Shown here: in pieces, positions 17,818 through 26,028 of the stretch
Layout of the letters: each line of letters begins with the position of its first letter
Numbering within the stretch: position 1 is the first letter of the stretch
Source of the DNA: Candidatus Uhrbacteria bacterium
GTDB taxonomy: Bacteria; Patescibacteriota; Patescibacteriia; UBA9934; GWF2-40-263
Direction of reading: 5' to 3'
Length of the DNA: 64,000 bases
Assembly: GCA_016188425.1 (NCBI GenBank)
Contig: JACPHX010000020.1
Location: 1,821 to 65,820, forward strand
Program-made: the position numbers and the translations under genes
The notes under the pieces: generated by a model
Told to the model about the DNA's origin: nothing
What the model saw: the letters and a program-made list of their open reading frames with translations, nothing else
Databases searched by the model: none

Positions 17818-18375
17818 TTAAAACTCGTACACGTAAAGCGTACGGCCGAATTTGTCTTGATGTTGCAATGGAATAATGCGAACGGGTGTGCGGCCGTGTA
17901 TGGGAAAGTCACCGTCGACCACACGGGTGCCGGGGCGGAGGATGTTCTCAAATCTGGGGAGCAAGATTTGCATCGGTTTGGGGTAGAGGAAAGTGTAGAT
18001 CTGGGTTGCGTCAGAGAGATCCATCGTAAAGATGTTTTCTCGAAGGAAAGTCAAGTTTTTTGTTTTTACGTTCCGCGCGCGCCACCGCGCGAGCCAGACC
18101 GGCACATGGGCCTTATCAACGCCGATGCATCGGGCTCCTGGTTGTGCCTCGGCCGCGGCGCGCACCACCCGGCCGTCGCCGCATCCAAGATCGTAAAAGA
18201 CGGATCCCCCCTTGAGGTCGAGTGCCTTGAGGATTTCAGGGACAGCGCGTGGGTTTATGTTGATGAACGGGGCGCGGGTGATGACGATGGGGAGTATGCA
18301 ATAGAGGAGGAAGAGGAGTGTGGCGCAGAGGAGGAAGAGGATGAGGAGGTAAAAGAGGATCGCGAATGTCTCCAT
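17818..18375 (-). CDS. N-terminally TM-anchored class I SAM-dependent methyltransferase (paralogue of 30172..30672)
   Basis: TM helix FAILFYLLILFLLCATLLFLLYCILPIV, then LDLKGGSVFYDLGCGDGRVV (SAM-binding motif I). Start at internal M58 of ORF 17818..18546. Confidence 0.6.
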   Translation of the reverse strand: METFAILFYLLILFLLCATLLFLLYCILPIVITRAPFININPRAVPEILKALDLKGGSVFYDLGCGDGRVVRAAAEAQPGARCIGVDKAHVPVWLARWRARNVKTKNLTFLRENIFTMDLSDATQIYTFLYPKPMQILLPRFENILRPGTRVVDGDFPIHGRTPVRIIPLQHQDKFGRTLYVYEF

Positions 18376-18376
18376 A

Positions 18377-18919
18377 TCAAAGTCCCAACAGCCGCGCGGC
18401 CTTGAGGATCCCGACACAGCTCGCGCCGTGGGTGATGCGGCCGTCCATGACCATCTCGATGGCTTCTTTGAAGGGGACGGAGATGGTTGTGACAGGTTCG
18501 TTCTGGTCTGGAACATGGTCTGGGTCAAGGTGGATCCCTTTGGCAAGCATCAGGTGGTTTGGAGAGCGGATGACGGTCGTGAACGGGGTTACGGTTTCAA
18601 GGCCGATCCACTCGCTGGCGACCATGCCGGTTTCTTCTTTGAGCTCGCGCGCGGCGGCTTGTTCTATGGATTCACCAGGATCCAGTGCGCCGCTTATGAG
18701 CTCGATGCTTTCTTCCTCGATCGCGTATTTGTATTCGTAGGCAAGCAAGACTTCCATCTTTTTGTTTATCGCGACGACCGAAACGCCGGGGAGCATTTCT
18801 ACGACGCCGAAAATGCCTTGGGAGCCGTCTGGCCGGATTACGGCATCTTCACGGACATTGATCCAGGGATTCTTATATATGGGTGTTGAGGAGAGGATTT
18901 CGAATGGTCCTTTTTTCAT
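18377..18919 (-). CDS. NUDIX hydrolase (ADP-ribose pyrophosphatase-like)
   Basis: Nudix box GALDPGESIEQAAARELKEETG. Confidence 0.75.
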   Translation of the reverse strand: MKKGPFEILSSTPIYKNPWINVREDAVIRPDGSQGIFGVVEMLPGVSVVAINKKMEVLLAYEYKYAIEEESIELISGALDPGESIEQAAARELKEETGMVASEWIGLETVTPFTTVIRSPNHLMLAKGIHLDPDHVPDQNEPVTTISVPFKEAIEMVMDGRITHGASCVGILKAARLLGL

Positions 18920-19151
18920 ATGCGTCCATCATAGGAATCGAGAAAGGTTTTGTCTATGGAAACAGAACGGTCGTGTCAGGTCGATGTACGGTGTCGCTGT
19001 CTGCTATACTACCCCCAATCGGCAGGCACGCTGTCGACGTTCATTTTGCTGCCAGAGGGCCAGGGTTCCATTGTTTTTCTTCCCGTTTATTCCACGCCAA
19101 AGAGCACATGCGTTTCGACACGAGTGTGTCAGGCGGGGGTTTTACCTTGTA

Positions 19152-19596
19152 GGGGTGAACGGATTCGAACCTGTGGCCTCGTAGGACAGGCGTTCAGGGT
19201 CTGGCAGCCCATCGCTGGTATTGCATCGCGGACAAGTGCGAGGAGCACGAGTACGCGCGAGTGGGTCCGCTGTGAAACGCAACTACATCGTCGGGCGTTT
19301 CGCATGGTTCCTCGGACCGGTCCACCCACCCTGGTGTGATCCGGTTTTGTTGCCACGTTCCGTCCCCTTCCGCAGAGAGGGGAGACAGGCTCTGGGCGCA
19401 CGTCGTCACTTCTTCCTGAAGTGTGTGCGCGACAGAACGGACATTGTCTTCGACGAGGACGATGACCGGGCCCCGGAATCAGGGCAGGATGTCGTACCAG
19501 CACCATCGGAGTCGGGAACCGGTGCGAGCGTCATGCTCGCATCGATCGTTCCCGCTCCTGGCCACCTGGCCGCGGGCCCAACTGGGCCCTTTTTTA
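19152..19596 (+). ncRNA. candidate structured RNA (tmRNA-like 5' motif) ending at an intrinsic terminator
   Basis: No credible ORF on either strand between 18920 and 19600. GGGGTGAACGGATTCGAACC at 19152 resembles the tmRNA 5' TLD (GGGGCUGAUUCUGGAUUCGAC). A GGCCTCGTAGGACAGGC segment parallels E. coli GGCCUCGUAAAAAGCC. Terminator GGGCCC-AACT-GGGCCC-TTTTTT at 19574..19596. No matching 3' acceptor (TCACCCC-A-CCA) was found, so the identity is unresolved. Confidence 0.3.
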
Positions 19597-19600
19597 ATTG

Positions 19601-19726
19601 GGGCGCAAGGGGCGCAGGGGGTCCAAGGGGCGCAAGGGGGAAGGCAAGGAACACGGAGTCGGAAGCCCATGCGCGCTTGCGCGCCTATGTTTTTGCGCCT
19701 CTTGGACCCCCTGCGCCCCTTGCGCC
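19601..19726. repeat. CAAGGG-unit structured element, copy B1
   Basis: Left arm of four 9-bp units (CGCAAGGGG CGCAGGGGG TCCAAGGGG CGCAAGGGG), core ...GAACACGGAGTCGGAAGCCCATGCGCGCTTGCGCGCCTATGTT..., right arm the inverted complement (CCCCTTGCGCC). Near-identical to copies at 30671 and 52513. Confidence 0.7.
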
Positions 19727-19750
19727 TGCTCGTGTTACCATGTCCCCACT

Positions 19751-20311
19751 ATGTGGCAATTCTCCGTCGATGGAAAACCAGTCCTCTGCCGGGCGCGGGT
19801 CAGTGCGCGGGCGCGGCATGTGCGCGGGATGGTGCATGCGGACGGGCGGGTGGAGCTTGTGCTTCCAAGGCGGTTTCGGTTGAGCGAGGACGATCTACAC
19901 CGCCTCTTCGCGCAGCATCGGCCGTGGTTTGAGCAGGCCATTCGCCGCTTGCGTCGTGTGCCCAGACAGGCACTGACGCATGGGGAAGAAAGCATGCGGG
20001 TGGTCCGTCAGAGAACGGAGACGATGGTACGCGCGTATCTGGCGGAGCTGGCGCACCGCGTCCGTTTTTCGGTGCATGAGATACGGGTGCGTCCGTACAA
20101 AACCAGGTGGGGATGTTGCCGTTTGGGCGGTCGGCTGTCGTTCCATTATAAATTGTGTCTCCTGCCCCGGCGGTTGGCACAGTATGTCGTCATCCATGAG
20201 GTGTGTCATCTGTTCCATCCCAACCATTCTCCGCGGTTTTGGGCGGAGGTGCGAAAACTGTGTCCAGACGCAGAAGAATGCCGCCGGGCGTTGAGGACGT
20301 ACGTGCCGTAA
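19751..20311 (+). CDS. YgjP/DUF45-like zinc metallopeptidase
   Basis: YVVIHEVCHLFHPNHSPRFW (HExxH...H.xRFW). ATG at 19751 is internal M52 of ORF 19598..20311; the upstream part of that ORF is repeat sequence. Confidence 0.6.
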   Translation: MWQFSVDGKPVLCRARVSARARHVRGMVHADGRVELVLPRRFRLSEDDLHRLFAQHRPWFEQAIRRLRRVPRQALTHGEESMRVVRQRTETMVRAYLAELAHRVRFSVHEIRVRPYKTRWGCCRLGGRLSFHYKLCLLPRRLAQYVVIHEVCHLFHPNHSPRFWAEVRKLCPDAEECRRALRTYVP

Positions 20312-20333
20312 TGTGGTAAACTAGGAATCGATT

Positions 20334-21068
20334 ATGAAACGGAAGGAGGACAAAATACAGGAGACCGTTCTTGGACCCATCTGCCGCATTCCGCTTGCGC
20401 CTGATGAACGCGGCGGAAAACCCGCCCCCGCCCGGATGAACGAAATCACCTGGCGGATTTTTCGTATCATGGCGGAGTTCGTGGAGGGATTCCAGTTCCT
20501 GTCGGAGTTCAGCCGCGAGGTAACCGTTTTCGGTTCGGCGAGGTTTCCGCCAGGCCATCGATGGTATCGCGAAGCGCGCAAGCTGGGCAATCTCCTGGCG
20601 GAAAACGGGTTTACGACCGTGACGGGCGGCGGGCCGGGGATCATGGAGGCGGCAAACCGGGGCGCGTTTGAAAAAGGCGGGGAATCGGTCGGCATCAACA
20701 TTCAGCTTCCGCATGAACAACGGATAAATCCCTACGTCAAAAAAAGCCGGGCATTCTATTATTTTTTCACGCGTAAAGTCATGCTTGCGGCTTCGGCACA
20801 GGCCTATATCTTTTTTCCCGGAGGGTTTGGAACTCTGGATGAGATGTTCGAGATGTTGACCCTGATCCAGACAAAAAAATCGGAAGCAGTCAAGGTGGTG
20901 TTGATAGGATCATCTTTTTGGAACGGTCTTATTGATTGGATGCGCACAAAGCTTGTCGAGGAAGAGCGGACGATCGAGCCGGAAGATTTCGATCTGTTCG
21001 TCGTGGTCGATACGGCGGAAGAGGCGTTGGAGCACATCCGTTATACGGAGGAACGCACGTTTTTTTAA
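20334..21068 (+). CDS. LOG-family protein (cytokinin riboside 5'-monophosphate phosphoribohydrolase-like, TIGR00730)
   Basis: VTGGGPGIMEAANRGA and PGGFGTLDEMFE motifs. Confidence 0.8.
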   Translation: MKRKEDKIQETVLGPICRIPLAPDERGGKPAPARMNEITWRIFRIMAEFVEGFQFLSEFSREVTVFGSARFPPGHRWYREARKLGNLLAENGFTTVTGGGPGIMEAANRGAFEKGGESVGINIQLPHEQRINPYVKKSRAFYYFFTRKVMLAASAQAYIFFPGGFGTLDEMFEMLTLIQTKKSEAVKVVLIGSSFWNGLIDWMRTKLVEEERTIEPEDFDLFVVVDTAEEALEHIRYTEERTFF

Positions 21069-21071
21069 CCT

Positions 21072-22415
21072 ATGCACTCGCACAGCGCAACACAGCGGCG
21101 TGCCTGGGTGGTGGACGTAAACATGGGCTACGGGCATTCACGCCCCGCCCACGCGCTTCGTGACCTCTGCGGTGGAACGGTTTTATCCGCAAACGATTAT
21201 CCGGGAATACCCGATCATGACAAAACGTCGTGGCAACGGAGTCGTCAGCTGTACGAATGGTTCTCGCGCGCCCAGCCGATTCCTTATATTGGCCCCCTGA
21301 TTTTTAAAGCATTGGATCGCTTCCAGCAAATCCCCGCTTTTTATCCAAACCGCGATCTCTCCGCTCCCAACCTGCAAGTGCGGCAAATGTACGCGATGAT
21401 GCGACGAGGGTTCGGGAAACATCTCATTGAAACGCTCCAAAAAGAACCGCTGCCGCTCCTCACTACGTTCTTCCTGCCGGCGTTCATGGCGGAGTATTTC
21501 GATTATCCCGGAGACATCTATTGCCTCACGACCGATGCGGATATCAGCCGGGCCTGGGTGCCGCTGGATCCTGCCCGCAGCCGCATCCGGTATTTTGCCA
21601 GCAATGGCCGCGTCGTCGAACGATTGAAGCTCTACGGGGTGCAAGAGAGCCGCATTTTTCTTACCGGATTTCCGATGCCGAAAGAATTGATCGGCGGGAC
21701 GTCGGCCGAACACCTCAAATCGGTTCTCTCGCGGCGGTTGTGCCAGCTCGATCCCCATGGGTATTTCCACGAGATTTACTTTCGAACCCTCAAAGCGGAA
21801 TTGGGGATCGAACGATGCGCGGTGGTTAAGCAAGATCGTCCGTTGACACTGTTGTATATGGTCGGAGGGGCGGGGGCGCAACGGTCTGTTGGAGTCGAGA
21901 TTCTCTCCTCCTTGAAGGGGCTGCTCAAACGCAAACAGCTTCGGCTGGTTCTGTCGGCGGGATCACGCCACGACATCGCGGATTATTTTGCCTCGGCGGT
22001 ACGCGATCTCGGGCTTCAGAAATTGCTTCCGACCTGGATCGATATCCCTCGCCCTGCATCTCGGCTGGCGTATTTTGAAGAATTTCCCGCCCTGCTCGAG
22101 CAGGCCGATATCCTGTGGACCAAGCCAAGCGAGATGTCCTTTTACACCGGCCTCGGTTTGCCGATCATCCTCACCGATCCGATCGGTTCGCAAGAGGAGT
22201 TCAATCGGACATGGCTCCAGTATGTCGGAGGAGGCACGCCGCAATTCCCCCCGCGGTGGGCGGGCGAATGGCTGATGGACTGGCGGGATTCGGGCGCGCT
22301 GGCCCGCATGGCTTGGAACGGCTATGTCGAAGCGCCAACCCACGGCACGTATCGGATCGAAGATACCATTCTTGGGCGGCCGTGGGATTTGCGGCACTTG
22401 CCCATGATCATCTAG
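21072..22415 (+). CDS. GT28-like (MurG/MGDG-synthase-like) glycosyltransferase
   Basis: N-terminal VVDVNMGYGHSRPAHALRDL (GGGH..A.AL-type motif); C-terminal LLYMVGGAGAQRSVG typical of the GT-B C-domain. Confidence 0.45.
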   Translation: MHSHSATQRRAWVVDVNMGYGHSRPAHALRDLCGGTVLSANDYPGIPDHDKTSWQRSRQLYEWFSRAQPIPYIGPLIFKALDRFQQIPAFYPNRDLSAPNLQVRQMYAMMRRGFGKHLIETLQKEPLPLLTTFFLPAFMAEYFDYPGDIYCLTTDADISRAWVPLDPARSRIRYFASNGRVVERLKLYGVQESRIFLTGFPMPKELIGGTSAEHLKSVLSRRLCQLDPHGYFHEIYFRTLKAELGIERCAVVKQDRPLTLLYMVGGAGAQRSVGVEILSSLKGLLKRKQLRLVLSAGSRHDIADYFASAVRDLGLQKLLPTWIDIPRPASRLAYFEEFPALLEQADILWTKPSEMSFYTGLGLPIILTDPIGSQEEFNRTWLQYVGGGTPQFPPRWAGEWLMDWRDSGALARMAWNGYVEAPTHGTYRIEDTILGRPWDLRHLPMII

Positions 22416-22576
22416 CCACCGTGAGTATATGCGTGCATACTGCTCCCACTGCCGAAAATACCAAAAAATTATGGATAGGCAGGAAGTGCGTGTCCCCTTG
22501 TTTGGGGAGCATTCTTCTCCGGCGATAAAAGGGACCTGTCCCACCTGCGGCGGGCCACTTCTAAAGATATTCACGT

Positions 22577-24154
22577 ATGGAGCGCCTACTCAAACAGCTT
22601 CTTGAAGCCGTTCGCCAGCCGGCGATCCCCGTAGCCCCCGAGGGGGTGCCGGTGTTGCGCGTGAGCGATACCGTTTCCAAAGCGGTTCGTACCTACGAAA
22701 TCGTGCGCAACACGTTGGAATACGACGATGAACACCTGCTGCGCCGGAATGCCATCCGTCGCATTTTGAAGCGCCGGCTCGGGGAGGAGCTTCCCTTGAC
22801 GGAGCGCGCTTCTTCTCTTTTGCGTGAGCTTATTTGGGCACAGTATCTTCCCAACGAGCGCATTCCGGAGACCATGGTCGCCACCATCGAGCGGGTGCTC
22901 GCGAAATACGACAAGCTGGTTTTGAAGGTTCAGGGAATGCCACGAACCGGCGAACGGCTTTCCTGGGTCTTGGATCTGTGGTCCTCTGAAATAGAATATA
23001 CGATAGCTCCGCCGCTCGCAGATGAAGCGCTGGCGAGTTTTGCCTATACATCTCTGCGCTCGCGCGTTTCTTGGAACAGCCGGCTCATTCCGGAAGGGGA
23101 CCGTGACTTGCAGTTGTTCGTTGCCATCCACCGAGCGATGCTCAAGAGCAACGTGGCGACGCTGCGCTATCGCGTTCTCACCCTGTATCACCCAACGTGG
23201 GCCGCGGCCGGCCCGGACGACCCCGTGGTGAGCCACGTCCTGGAACGCCTTGAAGAAACCGCGCATCTGATCGAGAGCCAGCTGCGACATCCCGGGGCGG
23301 AATCGTTATTCCGTCTGGTGCGGCGTACGGCATTTTTGTTCCATGTTCTTCGGGATTTTCTTGCGGATGATGCGCTTTCCGCGGAGCGTCTGTTGGAACA
23401 GGGAGACGTGCCCGTCTTGGACGACGCGTTGTCAAAAACAATGAAACGCCGGTATATCCGGTTCCATGTGCGCCTTCGGCGCGCCGTGCTGCGAGCCGTC
23501 CTCTTTTTGTTCATGACAAAATTCGTGTTTGCGCTCCTGATCGAGCTGCCGTACGAGACGTATATCCTCCACACAAAAGACCGGAATCCGTTGCTCGTGA
23601 ACATTTTATTCCACCCGCTCTTTCTTGGGCTCATCGGCATTACGGTGCGTATTCCGGAGAAACGCAATACCCAGGTTGCCCTTTCGCGCCTGCATGCGAT
23701 TCTCGGGTTTGGGAAGGATGAGTTCGTGCTTTCCTATGAGGCGAAGGCGCGGCGGCATCGGCGGGCCACGATCGCTTTTGACGTGTTGTATATCCTCGCG
23801 TTTGGCATCACGATCGCCCTCATTGTCTATGCGCTTTCCCATCTGCACTTTACGATCGTATCGACCGCGCTGTTCCTCTTTTTCTTGAGCTTGGTGACGT
23901 TCTTTGGCCTCAAGATTCGCCACACCAGGCGCGACCTCTTGGTGGTAGAGTCCTCGGGAGGGCTTCTTGGCTCGCTGATCGACGTCCTTTTCCTCCCCAT
24001 CATCCGATTAGGGCGGTGGATCGCCATGCGCGCGCCGCGCGTGAACATCTTCCTTTTTTTCCTGGATATGTTCATTGAAGCGCCGATCAAATCCGCCAGC
24101 GCGTTGTTTGAGGGGTGGCTCTCGTTCCTCAAGGAAAAGAAAGAAGAAATTTAA
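22577..24154 (+). CDS. hypothetical protein, ~300-aa soluble N-domain plus C-terminal multi-TM bundle
   Basis: Long ORF with protein-like composition; C-terminal hydrophobic helices (LFLFMTKFVFALLIELP, LGLIGITV, IAFDVLYILAFGITIALIVYAL, STALFLFFLSLVTFF). Confidence 0.55.
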   Translation: MERLLKQLLEAVRQPAIPVAPEGVPVLRVSDTVSKAVRTYEIVRNTLEYDDEHLLRRNAIRRILKRRLGEELPLTERASSLLRELIWAQYLPNERIPETMVATIERVLAKYDKLVLKVQGMPRTGERLSWVLDLWSSEIEYTIAPPLADEALASFAYTSLRSRVSWNSRLIPEGDRDLQLFVAIHRAMLKSNVATLRYRVLTLYHPTWAAAGPDDPVVSHVLERLEETAHLIESQLRHPGAESLFRLVRRTAFLFHVLRDFLADDALSAERLLEQGDVPVLDDALSKTMKRRYIRFHVRLRRAVLRAVLFLFMTKFVFALLIELPYETYILHTKDRNPLLVNILFHPLFLGLIGITVRIPEKRNTQVALSRLHAILGFGKDEFVLSYEAKARRHRRATIAFDVLYILAFGITIALIVYALSHLHFTIVSTALFLFFLSLVTFFGLKIRHTRRDLLVVESSGGLLGSLIDVLFLPIIRLGRWIAMRAPRVNIFLFFLDMFIEAPIKSASALFEGWLSFLKEKKEEI

Positions 24155-25200
24155 CCGTCCATGTGGGAGGACGCACGCTTCATTTGTGGCCGCACAAATA
24201 CAGACACCATGTCCGCGCCGGGGCGTTGGCGCTGATCGCTTTTGAATTGCTGGGGGCGGGATTGCTTTTGTGGCGCGTCCGTCACCCGGCTCGACCGATC
24301 CGCCTTGGCGCCACGTTCTCTTGGATGTACGCCCGGGAGTTAGGGCTTTCCTATAAGGAAACCTATACGGCGGTTTTGGATGATCTGGGTGTGCAGAAGC
24401 TCCGGCTACCCTTATATTGGTCCGACATCGAATCGACGCGTGATCGCTACGACTGGTCTGTCCCGGATTGGCTCCTGGATGAAGCGGCACGACATGGGGT
24501 CAAGGTGACGTTGGTCGTGGGAGAGAAAGTGCCTCGGTATCCGGAATGTTTTATCCCTCCTTGGGCGGATGCGCTCTCCCAACAAACAAGAGCAACGGAA
24601 TTGCTTTCCTATGTCGGTGCCGCCGCGACTCGGTATGCCCATCATCCAGCGGTTGTCTCTTGGCAAGTGGAGAATGAACGTTCCTTTGCGTTTGGGGTTT
24701 GTCCTTTGCACGACCCAGATCTTTTTTCCAAAGAGATTGCCCTGGTGCGAGAAACTACCGGAAAACCGATTCAATTGACGGTTTCTGGTGAATTGGAATC
24801 GTGGGCTACGGCCGCGCCGGCGGATGTGATTGGCATTTCCTTGTATCGCGAGACCTACAATCAACGCTTCGGTTCCTTCCTTTATCCATGGTCGCCTCGT
24901 TTTTACGCAGCGCGAGCCGCGGCTGCCCGTCGGCCTGACCAGGGATTGGTCATTTCCGAACTGCAAGGCGAACCTTGGTTCGATGCGCCGATCGGCACAC
25001 GTTCACTTGCTGCATGGGCGGCGCTGTTTGGGGCCGCAGACCTGCGCTCGCAGATACGGTTTGCCTCAAGGACCGGGATCATCGAGGCGGATCTGTGGGG
25101 GGTGGAATGGTGGTATCTGTTGAAGACAAGGGGGTATCCGGAGTTGTGGGAGGCGGGGAGGGAGGAGATGCAGAAATCTGCTACACTGTCCCCACTATGA
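24115..25200 (+). CDS. membrane-anchored TIM-barrel glycoside hydrolase (GH5/GH113-like)
   Basis: TM ALALIAFELLGAGLLLW; VSWQVENE resembles the catalytic NEP strand of clan GH-A hydrolases. The start is uncertain: the ORF overlaps the previous gene by 40 nt. Confidence 0.5.
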   Translation: MALVPQGKERRNLTVHVGGRTLHLWPHKYRHHVRAGALALIAFELLGAGLLLWRVRHPARPIRLGATFSWMYARELGLSYKETYTAVLDDLGVQKLRLPLYWSDIESTRDRYDWSVPDWLLDEAARHGVKVTLVVGEKVPRYPECFIPPWADALSQQTRATELLSYVGAAATRYAHHPAVVSWQVENERSFAFGVCPLHDPDLFSKEIALVRETTGKPIQLTVSGELESWATAAPADVIGISLYRETYNQRFGSFLYPWSPRFYAARAAAARRPDQGLVISELQGEPWFDAPIGTRSLAAWAALFGAADLRSQIRFASRTGIIEADLWGVEWWYLLKTRGYPELWEAGREEMQKSATLSPL

Positions 25201-25775
25201 TTTCAAAAGAAGTCGTTCTTGATATTGAAACATCAAATACGTTCCAGGAAATTGGGGCATACGACCATTCGAAACTGATTATTTCCGTGGTTGGCGTCTA
25301 TTTTTATGAGCAAGACGAGTTTAGAGCGTATGAGGTCGAGGAACTAAAGGAGTTGTGGCCCCGACTGGAAAAGGCGAGCCGCATCATTGGGTACAACTCC
25401 AAGGGGTTCGATATGCCGGTCATGAATAATTATTACCCCGGAGATCTGTTGACCATTCCCCAACTTGATCTATTGGAGCAGATCCATAAAACGCTTGGAT
25501 TTCGGATTAAATTGGATGACGTCGCGCATGCCTGCCTTGGGTCGGGCAAAAGCGGCCATGGGCTGCAGGCGGTGGAATGGTGGCGTCAGGGGGAGAAGCA
25601 AAAAGTGAAGGATTATTGCTTGGACGACGTGCGCGTCACCAAGGCGGTATATGAATACGGCCTGAAATACCAGGCGCTTGCCTACGAAGACCATGGCGGG
25701 ACGCGGAAGTCTATTCCTGTGAATTTTGCGAACCACGCGCCGCGGGCGCCTTTGAATATGACGATGCCGTTTTAG
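25197..25775 (+). CDS. DEDD-type 3'-5' exonuclease (RNase H-like fold)
   Basis: VVLDIETSNTF...YNSKGFDMPVM...H fits the Exo I/II/III DEDDh pattern. ATG at 25197 overlaps the upstream stop as ATGA. Confidence 0.55.
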   Translation: MISKEVVLDIETSNTFQEIGAYDHSKLIISVVGVYFYEQDEFRAYEVEELKELWPRLEKASRIIGYNSKGFDMPVMNNYYPGDLLTIPQLDLLEQIHKTLGFRIKLDDVAHACLGSGKSGHGLQAVEWWRQGEKQKVKDYCLDDVRVTKAVYEYGLKYQALAYEDHGGTRKSIPVNFANHAPRAPLNMTMPF

Positions 25776-25950
25776 GGGGAGGAGGGTAACCAGGGGTGAA
25801 CAGGGGAGAACAAGGGTGAACAAGTGGGGTGGAAGCTGGCATTCATACTGAAAAACAGGGACAATCTTTTGTTGTTAATTGATTAGGTCCCCTTCCATCC
25901 CCCTTGGTCCCTCCTGTTCACTCTTGTTGTCCCTTGGTTCCCGTCTGTTT
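25776..25950. repeat. CAAGGG-family variant (10-bp units TGAACAGGGG / AGAACAAGGG) with inverted right arm
   Basis: ...CCAGGGGTGAACAGGGGAGAACAAGGGTGAACAAGTGGGG... inverted later as ...CCCCTTGGTCCCTCCTGTTCACTCTTGTTGTCCCTTGGTTCCC. Confidence 0.6.
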
Positions 25951-26028
25951 TCCTGTGGACAGTTCCCGTTTTCCAGCCCCTGGTGGTGTATAATATCTGT
26001 GATACACAATATGTAGTGTTTTTCTCCT

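Noticed and set aside
19150-19215. Apparent minus-strand tRNA suggested by GGTTCGAATCC
   Set aside because: No acceptor or anticodon stems can be closed on either strand, so it is not a canonical tRNA; retained only as part of the candidate ncRNA locus.
19423-19932. Collagen-like GAQGAQGVQGAQG ORFs here, at 30271..32121 and in other repeat regions
   Set aside because: They are translations of the 9-bp-unit CAAGGG repeat arrays, not genes.
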